From Eutreptiella sp. 'Long Island Sound 2002' (lineage: Eukaryota > Protista > Euglenida): a DNA stretch of 64,000 bases. Position 1 is the stretch's first letter; every line of letters starts with the position of its first letter. Both the position numbers and the translations under genes were made by a program. The notes below the pieces were generated by a model that was given only the letters and a program-made list of their open reading frames with translations, made no database searches and was not told where the DNA came from. Positions 1-12,363 of the stretch are shown here, piece after piece. The stretch is from contig OZ038379.1 in assembly GCA_964036045.1 (NCBI GenBank), positions 9,114,001 to 9,178,000 of the forward strand. Reading direction: 5' to 3'.

Positions 1-479
1 GGCCACGAACGGCCACGATGGAGCATTTTCTTGGGCATGGGAGGGGGAGGGGGAGGGGGAGGGGGGTAGCATGCAGCTTTTCCTACTTTCCACCAGCCTT
101 GGTCGTGGATACGGCGTTATGCACTAGCACCGTCACCTGTCCAGGCAGGCCACAATGTAAAGTAGATCAGGCCATATTGCACGGATAGTGCGGAGGCGCC
201 TGCGGCACCTTTCAACCTTCCCACATGGCTTCGGCTTACGACATACAGACCCCCGATCCAGCCATCAGGCTTGAGTGGCCCCACGGGGGGGCTGTCTCCT
301 CAGTTCGGGTGCTCAGTATTGTCAACTCGTGATCCAGAGAAAGTATAGACAGAAAGTCATTGCCACTTCTTTGGAGAAACAGAAGTGCATAATCTATAGT
401 AACTCGCGTAAAGGCGGTCCCGCTGCTGCCCACAACCCTTAGTGCTCGTGCTTGGCTCTGCTCCTCCTTCATTCCTCTG

Positions 480-561
480 CTATGCTATTTCTCTTTTCCT
501 AGCGCCCTTCTTCTTGTCATCTTCTCCTGTCAAACCGTCTCCCCTACTGTTTGAACCGCAG
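480..561 (+). promoter_or_regulatory. Polypyrimidine tract plus CAG splice acceptor (probable spliced-leader trans-splice site) upstream of the DUF1761 gene
   Basis: CT-rich tract followed by ccgCAG|cttcaaagATG; the AG ends 8 nt before the ATG. Same layout precedes the LRR gene (6578-6580). Confidence 0.5.
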
Positions 562-569
562 CTTCAAAG

Positions 570-956
570 ATGAACATTCCTGCTGTCCTTGTTTCTGCCA
601 CCCTGAGCTTCTGCCTCGGTGGACTGTGGTACTCGCCCGCCATGTTCCTCAAACCCTGGCTCAAAGCCATGAACGCCAAGGACCAGAGTGGAGCAGGACA
701 CTCCAACGCTGCTTTCATAGCTGCATACGTGTTCGCCGTTATTGGAGCCTACATGCTGGCTGACCTGCTGGGACCGCAGCCCCCCCTTTCCGATGCGCTT
801 GCCCTCAGCTTGAAAGTTGGGTTGGGCTTCGTAGCAACGAGCTTTGGGATCAATTATCAGTTTGCAGGGCGCCCGTTGCCCGCGCTTCTCATCGACGGAG
901 GGTACCATGTCCTGCAGTTTCTCATCGCTGGAGTTGTGCTCGGGCTCTGGCACTGA
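570..956 (+). CDS. DUF1761-family small integral membrane protein, intronless, bacterial-like
   Basis: 128-aa ORF with four hydrophobic segments and motifs I recognise from the family: GGLWYSPAMFLKPW near the N-terminus and GINYQFAGRPLPALLIDGGYHVLQF near the C-terminus. Preceded by a pyrimidine tract and CAG (559-561). Confidence 0.85.
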   Translation: MNIPAVLVSATLSFCLGGLWYSPAMFLKPWLKAMNAKDQSGAGHSNAAFIAAYVFAVIGAYMLADLLGPQPPLSDALALSLKVGLGFVATSFGINYQFAGRPLPALLIDGGYHVLQFLIAGVVLGLWH

Positions 957-1646
957 ACTTTCTGAGCACGAAGCGGGCAAGTCATCACCAGCAAGGGCTG
1001 GCGAACATTCTACAGCCAAAAGCGTCCACAGCGACAAGGTCTACCATGCAGACAGAAATCACCACAGCGAAGCGGGACTGAGCTGTTTGGATCGGAGGAG
1101 GTGGCCATACCAGGATGGTACAGTAGCTGTGGCAGCATGGATTCGCCCCAAAAGCCATTGCAGGAGACAGCTGTTGTATGCCGATTGCGTTGAACGATTT
1201 GCAGTGATAACCTCCTCTGTGATCGTCTGCATCTTTCCCGTCCTGCCATCTCACCTTGGTGTTGAACGCTACCTCGTACCCTTTGATCAGGGCACTGACG
1301 GAATGGCAATTCTGGCCATGGTGAATCACGCCAGTCTACCTCGTTCGCTTTTGGACAGTCCATCTTTGCACCAGGACCAGTGATGCCAGGTGGAGTGTTG
1401 CTGCTGTGAAAACTGAAGTGGGCAATGCTGCGCAGTGAAGTGGGCATAGCTGAGCTGGAGCAGGATGCCATAGGTTGCAACTGGAGACCACTGCTTGGCA
1501 TGTGCAGGGTATGGGGCTGGGAGCGATAAATGCAAGAAGTGGTGCTGGATTTTCACTGAGGTCACACTTTGTGCCTCAGCTAGCAGAGCTTCACATTGCT
1601 GCCTCTAGCCTTAGCCCCCCCCCCCCCTTCATACCGCTTGACCTGA

Positions 1647-1907
1647 TTGCTGAGGGCACTCCAAGGCCACGTGCATGGCTCCCAGTCTTTGATTTGTCCG
1701 GACTCTATCTATGTAGTTGACGGAGTGCTGGGAGGGCACAAAAGTGGAGGCGCCACAAGTGGCAAACCTAGTTGGGCCCAGCACACCAGGTAGCTCTATG
1801 GACCCAGATCCTCCAGTGGCTTGATGACATTGGTGCCGAAGTCTATTGGCACAGGTATCAGAGGCAATGAACAGGCAAACTGTCGAGCGGATGAGGGGTG
1901 ACGGAAG
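1647..1907 (+). pseudogene. Decayed RNase H domain (C-terminal half) of a non-LTR retrotransposon
   Basis: Manual translation: LLRALQGHVHGSQSLICPDSIYVVDGVLGG...HQVALWTQILQWLDDIGAEVYW, then a frameshift, then TGIRGNEQANCRADEG. This matches the RNase H DSxYV and GxxGNExADxxA motifs. Confidence 0.6.
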
Positions 1908-2076
1908 TCCCCGCTTTTAAAAGGACAGGTATCGGTCAAGCCCACCATCACCATGGCTGAACCAGAACACGATGACCCCCTCCCACTGCCCATGGAAATT
2001 CTGTATCGTGAACCTCTGGAGGAGGACACGGACCCCCCACCCACCCACCCACCCAGCCAAGCACAGACCCCCACAA

Positions 2077-2803
2077 GGGCCTGCAGCAGAGGGGGGGAAA
2101 AATTCAGGTCCGCAATTTTTCGCAATTTTCCGCAATTTCGCAATTTTTCGCAATTTTCCGCAATTTTTCGCAATTTTCCGCAATTTTCCGCAATTTTCCC
2201 GCAATTTTTCTCAGTTCCCGATTTTCTGACTGCCTCCCCACGCCCACGCTGGTGCAGAACAATGAGATTTTTTTTTTACTATGCCATGCACTCTCTAATG
2301 TTCCAAGTTTATCAAATGCTGGCATACCTTAGTTGGTAGTAGTACTAGGTTCCATTTCCAAAGGTCCTGGGTCCAAACCCAATTGTGCACAATATTTTAA
2401 CCTTCGCTTTTTTGGTCTTTTTCATGCCTTCATGTTTGCATGTTTGCATGTGCATGCCGCCTGCAGTGTGGGACAGTTTCAAAGCGGCAGCGCAAATTGG
2501 ATGACAACATCCGCCGCCTTCGGTTCATGCTGCAATTCCACGGTGATATCGAGGGGCACCTCCTGTAATTGTACTGCCCATGGACTATTTGTTTCAGTGA
2601 AATTCTGACAATTCTGAGCCACCTGTCCAGAGCTGTTGCACGTCGAGGGTTCAAGATGGCCGCTTACGACATCGCAATTTTTCCGCAATTTTTCCGCAAT
2701 TTTCCGCAATTTTCGGCAATTTTTCCGCAATTTTTCCGCAATTTTTCGCAATTGGATTCGACCCCCCTAGACCGCAATTTTTCCCCCCCTCTGCCTGCAG
2801 CCC
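2077..2803. mobile_element. Non-autonomous TIR element with subterminal decamer arrays
   Basis: Left end gggcctgcagcagagggggggaaaaatt is the imperfect reverse complement of right end aatttttccccccctctgcctgcagccc. Arrays of ~10-bp ttccgcaatt lie at about 2112-2216 and 2673-2752. No TSD recognised. Confidence 0.55.
2319..2449 (+). mobile_element. tRNA-derived SINE-like head, copy 1
   Basis: Homologous to 40064-40183 (ttggtagtagtactagg...aggtcctgggt[c/t]caaaccca...caatatttt..ccttcgctttttt..catgtttg), with degenerate A and B boxes. Confidence 0.55.
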
Positions 2804-4975
2804 ACTGCAGGGCACCCCATGCCGCCCCCGACCAGTGAGCGAGGACAGAGGCGTGTCGAATGTTCAAGAAATGGAATCACATTCCCCAACGCCACACCGC
2901 AAGGACATGAGGTTTGTTTCGCCAGGGCCACCACCATACACCCCGATGTTGTTCCCCAGTGCAGGCTCCCCGCCCTCTTTCCACCAACGCTGAACAGAAC
3001 AGGCAAAGTGCGAAACCACACCAAGAGTTTTGGGACCCGGCTGCACAGCCTTCCAGTCCCCAACGTCCCCCACGCCCATGATGCTCAGGGCGTCTGTAGA
3101 CCTGCTTTCTTTGCTGAACCTAGTGGCTATGAGCCCCCCCCCCCTTATGATGAAGGAGTGCTTCCGGTCAGCCTGGCGTCCATGGACACCACGTCCACAG
3201 TCTCGTGCTGTACTGAAAATTGGAGATGCGCCACACCCGAGCAATGAAGCTCCCCTGCACACCATAGGCCAACACACCCTGCATGGGCGTGTGTCCTGCA
3301 TGTAAACACCAAGAACCCCTGCTTGGACGCACAAACAGCAATACACACCAGGTTACCGACTCTCTATTGCTGTGTGGAATAACAACCAGTACCCACTCGG
3401 GTTTGCCAACCCGAAGGACCAACAGAACACGCTAGGGTCAGTGGCAGCGGCCAGCTCAAGTGACCTCTGACCTCCTCTCCCCCCGCAAGCCCTCCATGCC
3501 CAGGTGAACACCGAGCGTAAGGTGTGTGGCTGAGTGTGGCTGGCAGCAGCAAGCACAACCCAAGTGCAGTGTGACCCAAAGTGGAACACGACATGTTCAC
3601 CATGACCCAAGCTCAGACCGTTGTGCAATGTAACCCAGCGCTGAAGCCCTGAACCAAGATGCTCATGACTCTTTCCTGAGCCAGGGAGCACAGGGAGCAG
3701 CACAATGCACATAGCCCTACCCGACGGGATGAGGGTCACAGCTTTGAGCCTGTGATCTGCTTTTGTAGAGAGTGAGCGCGATGGTTCCGGGCAACGCCGA
3801 TGGCTATATACATCTATATATCGCTTGCACCCGAGCCCCGCCTCCACAAACTATATAGTTCAGAGCGCCTGGCCCCAGTGCGGGAGAGGGGGACCAATGT
3901 CCTCGTTGCTCTGAGGCCCCCTGCGGGACGCGTGCCGTTTGGCTCTTACATACTGCCATGGAGCAGGGCATCGTCCGGAGGAGGGCCTCATTTGCTGGCC
4001 AGCCGCTCTCGAAACGGTCTGAGATGGCAATAAAGGCCATGTGAAGGCAGGCGCGACTGCAGCACAGTGACGGGTCCACACCTGACCTATTGAGGCCCCC
4101 GACTGCCCCCCCCCACCCCCGCCCCTGTCCCCTTCCCTCCAAAGAAGCACCGCAGTGCCAGCCGGTGACTCCAGTTGAGATTCAAACAACAGATGAAGCA
4201 GAATTACTAGGAGCCATTCTAGCAGTGTGCAAAAAGCAGCCGGGCGTATTCACGGGCTTCGAAATCGGCTTTCCTGTGTTTGCTGTTTGCTGTGTTTGCT
4301 GTGCAACGTGGCAGCGCCAAGGCTGGAGGGTGGAGTTGTGCGCCAGTGGTGTGTTGTTGGGGACAGCATGTCGTTGGCACGGATGCCATTGCATGTGAGG
4401 TTGTGTTTGTGGAATGTAATGAACAGCTGGATCAAGCCGTGGGCACTGTGGCATTAGAATTCCAGGTTGTGGTCCGACGGGAGGATACCCCCCACCCCCC
4501 TTGCCCCCTTGTCCACGGGGGGTGCCCAGGTGCAGGCCCTGACCCTCCCCCCCTCTCGGGGGCCGAAATGTTTGACAGGTCCCGACCATTGTACAAACCA
4601 ATATGGAGAAATTGGCTGGCGCCGGAAAATTTTGGTGCCCTGCTTAACGGGGCTGGGAGAACTGGTATACTCAAAATGCTCAGTTTTTTCTCGGCATTTT
4701 CCCTGGGCCCCAAAGAGGGCAGGATTTGTGCAGCCCCTTCTGATTTTGTGGCCACATCGATCTTTCCCCACCATGGGGACAAATGGGGACAAATGTCGTT
4801 TGGTGCTCATTGAAGATCCCGCCCTCGAAGCTCAGCCCTGGCATGAGGTAGCGGTTGGTGTTTTTGGTCCCAGACCCCCCCCCTCTTGAAGGGGCCAAAA
4901 TGTTCAGGGCGTGTCGGGGTCAAGGACTGCACCTGGGAACCCCCCATGCCCTTGGGGGAGCTTGGCGCGCCGGGT

Positions 4976-5262
4976 GCGCGCCGGGCATCTTTTGTGACCC
5001 GTGCTCCACGGGTGGCCTTCTAGGGGGTGCACTAAGGGGGCGCACGTAGCGCAGTGCAGCTATTTGGGCGTCTGGCTGTACTAGAGACCCATACTTTGAG
5101 ATACTTGGAGCATCGTGGTGACCCCTAGTGTAGGTTTTGACTTCTGATTTTGTCTCCTTTGTTGGGGAACCCCGAGAATGCAGGGGTGACGTAGTATTTC
5201 CGCCCTCTTCTGGGCCCCAACCTTCCGGTGCTATTGAGTAAACCGGGACAATGTCTGAATCC
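4976..5262 (+). repeat. Dispersed ~290-bp repeat, copy 1 (other copy 14930-15218)
   Basis: Alignable throughout, from gcgcgc.cgggcatcttttgtgacccgtg to ccgggacaatgtctgaatcc. Confidence 0.85.
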
Positions 5263-6589
5263 TGTCCTTCCCCTCGAGGGGATAGTGGGGCAGAAAGTCC
5301 ACTGAATCGGTTTGTATCAGCTCCCAGGCAAGTTGCAAGAATTGACCTGCCCTTCCCCGGGGGGTTGGGGGGGACCGTCACTTGGTCAACACAAAACTTT
5401 TGTTGCGGGTCACTGTGTTGTCTTGAGGGTCCATGTGTTGTGAGGCACTGCCACTTGTATCCCCTGTACTTCGGCGGGACCATGTTCATGAGTTAAGGTC
5501 AAATGGAGCAGGGCGAAGAAATTTTACACCGAGCCACTCAAGGAGTAAGTTTCACTACATTGGCAGCCCATGGAACGCACGCACGCTTTTCCTATCGTTG
5601 GCACACTTGCTTTCCTTTCTCATTGTGTATTGACCTTGACAATCTCTGCACACCAACGTTTCTTATGCTTTGTTAGTTCATTTTCAGCAGCCATTTCTGT
5701 GCCCCACAGTGTGCGTGTACGGTGGTGGTACGGTTCCCCGGGGGGCTGGGGTGGGGGGCGTCACTTGGTGACCGTCCCCCCGGGGGTGAGGGGGATCCGT
5801 CTTTCCTTTGGGGGGGGGGGGAGGATATGTGCCATATGGGAGTGTATGGGGCTGACGATTTGTTTTTGCACTTCTGTTGCACACACCCGATCATCCTGGT
5901 GTCCCTCTTGCAGTTCTTGCCTTTTCCGCTCTCAGAAGTCGCCACCAGGTAATCTGAGGCAGCACCCATCCCTCCCAAACATACAGTGACTTGGAATTTC
6001 ATGAAGTGGCTGGGCACAGGAGGACAGGGGGCAACAGTGTGACTGCTACCCTGCCCCTTGAACAGTGCTCCCCCTTACACAGGAGGGCGGGAGGGGGGGG
6101 GGGGGGCAGAAAGCGCGATGGTGTCCCTCACCTCTGGGGGGGGAACTGTTACCAAATGATGGTGCCCCACTCCCCAACCCCCAAGAGGGGCTATGCGGGA
6201 CTATACCTGACCTTTCCCCTCCGAAAGAGGAATATTGTTCTTCGCTGCCATGGCATTTGGCGGTTCCTTTTCTGGTCCACGAGTATCACGTTTTTTCTGT
6301 GATTTGGGGCAGGGGCTTGTCTTTTGGGGATGTGCCACACAATAGTGCCGAGCCGGGGCGCAGCCGGTGTTATTCGGTCACCATCTGCGCCACCAGGGCG
6401 CCCTTCGCCGTCAGTAAAACAGGGGGCGTTGTTTCCGGCAATTTCAGTGCTTTTGCCATTGCTCTCGCAGATAACGTCCTCAGGTTGGGGGGGATGGGGT
6501 GTTCAGAGCATGGTCACTGATTCAGCTGGTGTTCTTGTCCCGCTGCTCAGTCCTCGTCAGCATGTTCTATTCCCCTGCAGCTTCACAGA

Positions 6590-7468
6590 ATGGGCAATTG
6601 CTGCGCACCGCCGAATGGGCCTCCCCAGCGCCATGGCATGCCTGGTGAGTCGCAGCCCCGCCACGTCCAGCCCCAGCCCCGGCAACAGGCGATGCCCAAG
6701 AGCGGTGGCCTCAAGTTCGGCAGCGACCGGCTGCTGGACCAGAAGGTGGACATGGCCGCAAAGACGAAGGTGCTGGTGCTCAGCAACATGGGGGTCAAGT
6801 CGCTGCCCGACAAGGCCATGAGGGTTCCCGATCTCAAGTCACTGGACGTGTCGCAGAACAAGCTCACGACTTTGCCTGCCTCGCTGGGGAATCTCCTGCA
6901 GCTGAAGGTGCTGAACCTGCAGAACAACCAGCTCACGGAACTCGCCGCCGTGGCTACACTGTCGGCACTGGAGAGTCTGAACGCCAGCCACAACTCCATC
7001 ACCACTTTGCCGTCCGTGTTCGGCGGGTGCAAGAGGCTGAAGCACTTGGACTTGTCCCACAACCGCCTGTGCGTCCTGAACAACGACTGCTTCACGGGGC
7101 TTGCGGAGTCGCTCCGGACGTTGGAACTGGGGCACAACGAGGTGCGGTCGCTGCCCGCGTCCCTCTTCGAGTTGTCGGCGCTGCAGGAGCTGAGCGGCGA
7201 GAACAATGCGCTGGTGGGGTTCGGCACCGAGGACACGGCGGGGGGGCTGAAGCAGCTCAAGAAGCTGGTCCTGAACCACAACAGCATCTCCGCGCTGCCG
7301 GACTCGCTGTTCTCCCGGACGGAGCTCAACAAGCTGGAGATCGAGCACAACCCGCTGGCGTGGGACGAGCTGAAGAAGCTGCCCTCGTATGACCAGTGGC
7401 GGGAGCGGCAGCGCATCAACATCGACAAGCAGATGCAAGGCGGCCTCGTAGTGGAGCTCAACAAGTGA
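6590..7468 (+). CDS. Leucine-rich-repeat protein, LRRC57-like, with an N-terminal MGNCC myristoylation/palmitoylation signal; intronless
   Basis: 292-aa ORF with about 8 LxxLxLxxNxL repeats (LKSLDVSQNKLTTLP, LKVLNLQNNQL, LESLNASHNSITTLP, LKHLDLSHNRL...). C-terminal LPSYDQWRERQ resembles the LRRC57 tail. Strong GC3 bias; upstream ctgCAG|cttcacagaATG. Confidence 0.88.
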   Translation: MGNCCAPPNGPPQRHGMPGESQPRHVQPQPRQQAMPKSGGLKFGSDRLLDQKVDMAAKTKVLVLSNMGVKSLPDKAMRVPDLKSLDVSQNKLTTLPASLGNLLQLKVLNLQNNQLTELAAVATLSALESLNASHNSITTLPSVFGGCKRLKHLDLSHNRLCVLNNDCFTGLAESLRTLELGHNEVRSLPASLFELSALQELSGENNALVGFGTEDTAGGLKQLKKLVLNHNSISALPDSLFSRTELNKLEIEHNPLAWDELKKLPSYDQWRERQRINIDKQMQGGLVVELNK

Positions 7469-8696
7469 CTGGGGTGAGCGGCCGCGCACACACGGGGGGA
7501 TGGCGAGTTCGCCGAGGGACAAAACAGTGGCTGAGGAGTGCCGCGTCCCGTCATGACAGCCGTGAGGCAGGCGTGTCCAGAGCCGAATGCGGACACTGCA
7601 ACCAGACCATATTGAGCCCCCCCCCTCATGGCTCGTGACGTGCGTGGGAGAAGAACGGCCGACCGCCGAAGATTGCTGCATATGCACACCGGGACGTGCA
7701 TGTGTGGAGCGCCGTGTTGCCCCGCATTTGGCCCCCGGAGGGACAGGGGTCAAGGAAAGGGCAAGGGGAGGTGGCGAGAGGCCAGCAGGCGCCGCCCGCT
7801 TCAGACAGCAATCCGCTGAGACATCACGCCAACCCCTCACCCCCTTCGCCGCCGGACACGAATTTTGTGGTACGAAAAAAAAAAGGGGCAATTTGCTGAA
7901 AAATTGGTTTGGGCCGTTTCTGGTACACAAAGTTTCGGATGCCGAACCCCCTCCCCCTCTCTTCTAATCCGTGCTTGGCCGAGGGGTCTGGCGTGCATCT
8001 GAATGCTTGTCTACTTGCTCCTGCTGGTGCCAGCCGTCCGGGACCGGGCCAATTGTTTTGTGCTGAGGGCTGCTCTTTAGGACAGCACAAGGCCACCAGC
8101 CCTTCCACCGCCGCAGGTTGGGGGGTTCAGGGGGGGGCGGGGCGCATGGATTGGTGGCGGCCGCCTTCTTGCTGACGGCCGGCGGGGCCACGGTGCACAG
8201 TGTGGGCAAACAGGAGGGGCCGCGGGAGGGGGCCTGACCCGAGCATACATGAGGTGCAATGACCCCCATGACGTGCCTCATCATTTGGAGGGGTGTATCA
8301 CGGGGGGGGAAGCCATCAGGGCCAATTTCAAGCCACTGTTGGTCACCAGACGGGGTGGTACGTACGCCCAGAGGCCCGTCGCCCCGCCTTGCCTCGCCAA
8401 CGCCACCCATCCGACGTCGTTTGTGTGTGTGGCTCAGCCGAAATGTGGCCCTAGGCACCGGCTGTACCAGGCTGTCCTTGCGGGGTAAGAAAGCAGAAAC
8501 CCCCTCCTCCGTTACATGAGCGCCGTGCAGGAATGCCGCTTGACAGCTGCCGCTTCGTGGTTGTAAATCGTCTGGCAAGGGTCAGACCGGGTCAGTAGTT
8601 GGCCCACGTGTTTACGGGTGTGTGGCTTGATGCCAGAACACCTATCGCACGGCATCCCCAAAGGTCAGGTACACGACTTCATGTACGTTTTTCATA

Positions 8697-11240
8697 GTAT
8701 GGTGCTACAAATTCTGCGGGCGCGGGCACACCGCGAAGATGTGCAGCTCTTTGACCAGCCTAAGCCGAAACAAGGATGAGGGTACCCATTCTGGCAGTTC
8801 ATTGGGCCGCTACCGCGGCCGGAGCACAGTGAGAAGCTGCGGATCCGCCAACCCACAGCACAAGAGTGGCGGTGGGACTCGGACTTTCGTGACGATCTGA
8901 TCCGATGGGTCAACGAACTGGTCTGGATACCGGGGAAAGGGCAGGTCTCCTTCATGGAGCTAGCGATGGACTTTGAGTGCTTCGCGGCGCGCACCTTACC
9001 GGCCTCACCCCAGGGTGTGTACCGGGCGACTGCCCTCCCGCTACCAGAAAGGGCAAGTGTGCTCAAGCTTGCCCTAGCGACCTTGGACAAGCTGAGCGTG
9101 GCTGGGGCCGTGCTACAAGGCGGTGTGCTTACCAAGTGCTCCTCCCTAGTCCCACTGGGAGCCCCCACAGTGGTGGGTGTGTCTGCGAGACCGTATTTCA
9201 CACGGCGCCCGGACATGCTAAAACTCCTGCAAAACCTGCAAGAGTACTGTGAGCTGCGCTGGACAGCTGTGTTACAGGCGCCGCCCCCCTCACCGGACAC
9301 CAGGCGGAGGAATGCCCAGCGGGCAAAGGAACGGCGAGAGGCGACGGAGTCCAGCCCCAGCATCAGGGAGCGCATTCCCAAGCTCAAATACACATCGTCG
9401 CTGCTACCTGCTATGCACACCCCAAGGCATCTCACTGGCAGAGGAGGGGGTAAGAAGAGCGCCACTTTGTTTGCGGCTGACTACTTCCCAGCACACCGCC
9501 ACCCTGGGGCTCCCCCCACGCGGCCCTACCGGCTGCTCCGACCTGCCAAGCAGGCGGCCCCCCCTCAACCTGAGGTGGCTGCAGTGGGCTCGAGTCACCA
9601 AGCGGCCCCGCCCGCGGGGCGAGCGGCAGCGCCCAGCGATCTGTCTCAGCGCATGGATGCACTGACGCCCCCGGATGCGCCTCTAGGTTGGGCCCCGCCG
9701 TCGCCGTCGCCTCCGGTGCAGGTGGAATACACCTCGGAGGAAGGGCCCTCTACCCCGGAGGTCTTCTCCTCGTCGTCCTCGTGGGAATCTGAGCCCAACA
9801 ACAACGGGGGACACTATCGACGAGCGGCGGTGGGGCCCAGGTGCGGCCCCGCACGGTCCCCGCCGCCACACGTAGTGCCCCGCACGCGCGCTCCAAGGGC
9901 CCGATCCGTACACCGGTCAGGGAACCCGGCGCTGAGGAAGACACGGCGTAGGGTGCCTCCCGCGCGGACGCCCAGAGGGGTCAAAAGGCGAAAGTCCATC
10001 GCGGAAGGGCAGGGGAGCCCACGGCGCAAGCGACCCCAGCTGCAGCAAGAGGATGAGCAGTCAGTCACATACGGCCCTGGGAGCCCCAGGCTGTCACAAG
10101 GGCCCAGCTAGAGCCCCCCTCCCCATGTCCAGGCACGCGCTCTCATACCTACAGCTCACAGGGGCTATCACTCCCGAGCGGGCGTCACGCATAGTGGTGG
10201 TAAGCACCCCAGAGGGGCAGCGCACTCCACAACCGACAAGGGGCCCGGAGCCGCCTCCAAACGAGAGGGGACGCGACATTCCCCCGGGAATAGCACGGAT
10301 GCTGCAGCAGATCAGAGTGCCTCATGCCAGGCCACAACCGCTGCCGCCCCAAAGGGAAACACGGCCCAGCGCGCGGACTTCACGCGCCGCCGACCTGCCC
10401 ACCGGCCCTCAGATGAGGTTCGATAACATTTGCACCCCGTCTCCGCGGGTGCTGAGTAGGCCAGGGCAATACTCGCCGTCTCCGGCATGGTCACCAGCGG
10501 TGACTTCCAGTTGGCACTCAATGCGGCACATGTCCCCAGAGTCCCCGGAACATTGGTCGCCCGCGTGCACACCAGGGGGGGGGTCTAATCGACAGCAGGA
10601 TCCACCCCATCTGCCCCCGACCCTGCTGGCGCCCCTATTTGAGAGCGCCATGTCCACCCCGCGAAGGGACAGCACCCAGAGTGCGTCTGATGAGGACGTG
10701 CACCAATATGCAGTCCAGTGTTCTGCCCCCCCCGAACTGCCCCCCACCCTGCTGGCGCCGCTTTTTGAGGGCATGATGTCTGCCCCACGAGCGGGCAGCA
10801 CTCATCGGGAGTGCGATGAGGACATGGATCAGTACGAAGTCCAGTACTCTGCCCCACCCTCCGTGGGGGAGTGGCCCCCTAACCCCTCTACCTTTTCCTC
10901 TCCACGCGGAGCACAGCGGCTCTGCACGGAATTGCCAGGCATGGCCCGACAGGGCCAGGGATGGGTTCGTGATCCCCATGCACGACACTCCACCATGCTG
11001 TACAGCATGCAGGGGGGTACTCTGTCCTCCAGCAGCACAGATGGGCTCATGAAGCATGGACAAGCCTCACGTGAGATGACCTAAAGGACGGAGGGAGGAG
11101 CCTCTTGTCATACAGGGCGGCAGCTCTCCAGAAACCCGCGCGACTTGCCCCTTGGGTGAGTCTGGGAGCTGGAATGGGTGGAAGCCCCATGGACTATTGC
11201 TCCTTAATATGATTTCCTTCCTGCTTCGTGGTTGTAAATA
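8697..11240 (+). mobile_element. 5'-truncated non-LTR retrotransposon remnant (post-RT C-terminal region plus long low-complexity tail)
   Basis: The frame of ORF 8954-10111 extends upstream through one stop: MVLQILRAR...WRWDSDFRDDLIRWVNELVW...VSFMELAMDFE, resembling C-terminal regions of protist LINE ORF2. It continues in ORF 10053-11084, which has a 42-aa in-frame duplication. A 17-bp direct repeat gcttcgtggttgtaaat lies at 8552-8568 and 11223-11239. Confidence 0.4.
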
Positions 11241-11482
11241 GACGTAAACAGACGTTGTTGGGTGGGCGGTGAGTGAGAGGCGCAATGAGACTCGATGCTG
11301 AACAGCGGCGCGCTACCGTGGACGGAGGGTCCGTTACGCCCCTCAGAGGGGGGGCACTTGACGCGTGCGGAACTGTCAGGGCAACCGGCAGCAGCCCGGA
11401 AGGGCATAGGGAAAAGCGTGCAATAGTGGGATACAGTGGTGATGAATGATGCGGCTGTTCCACTGATGGCCACCTCCAAATA

Positions 11483-12363
11483 TCTCTAAGGGACGGTGCC
11501 GATTATGCCAACACGGAGCGTTTTCAGGGGTCGGTGCCATTGTTGCCTGATTTGTGCTCACTGAGTGTCCCGTAGGTAGGGGTATGTGGGGTATATTCGG
11601 AAAGCCCTTGAAAAGGGCTTTTCGGAGATGTATGGGTTAGGGGGGGTCCGGAACCATATTTTTTCAAAAAATGGCCGTTACCGTTGACAGGTTGGGTTTT
11701 TTTTGCCTGTTCTAGTCCGGTTTCAGACAGACTGCACCGCACCCCTACCCCCATTACTCCAACATATGGGCATATGAGGGTCACGTCAGTCAGGTGGATT
11801 TGTTGCATTTGATGTGTAGAAGACATGTGCAACATGGGTCCCCTCAAGACCCCAATATGTTGAAGATTTTGACCAATAACTACCTTTGACACCCGGGTGA
11901 TGCCTGGTGCAACTTGCAGCATCAAGCTCACCAGAGTGCAAGAAATCAAAGATGGCAGAATTTCTCAAAGAGGCTGTCAAGTTGGGACATGAGACCACAA
12001 TATTTGGATTCAGCACGTCAAAATGCATCCATTTACCTCCTTCCACTCTGCTCCAACTCCACAATATGTCGGAGCACCCAGGGGAAGACCTGTGAGTTGG
12101 TGTCCTGCACGCATGAGCGGAGCAGCCTGAGGCCTGAAAACCCTGAAACGCCGAAAAGGTCGGCCTCGGTACTCAAAAATATGGTCACCTATCCCCCCCC
12201 AACCCATACATTTCTGAAACGGCCTTTTCTCACAGATTTCGAAAAGCATACACATACCCCCCCCTACGGAATGAAATTTTGGTGCTTTGGACAAAAAATT
12301 GAGAAAACCCTGAAAAAACACGAATTTGCTCCGCGTTGGCATGTTCTGAATGTCCCTTAGAGA
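11483..12363. mobile_element. MITE-like TIR element with TA target-site duplication
   Basis: TA|tctctaagggac ... gtcccttagaga|TA, a perfect inverted match over 11480-11494 and 12352-12366. Subterminal atgccaacacggagc / gctccgcgttggcat, with further imperfect inverted similarity inside. Confidence 0.75.

Noticed and set aside
6583-7930. Long minus-strand ORFs 6583-7701 and 6839-7930
   Set aside because: Antisense shadows of the GC3-rich LRR gene. The same applies to the antisense ORFs over 26598-30107, 21864-22988 and 8692-9465.
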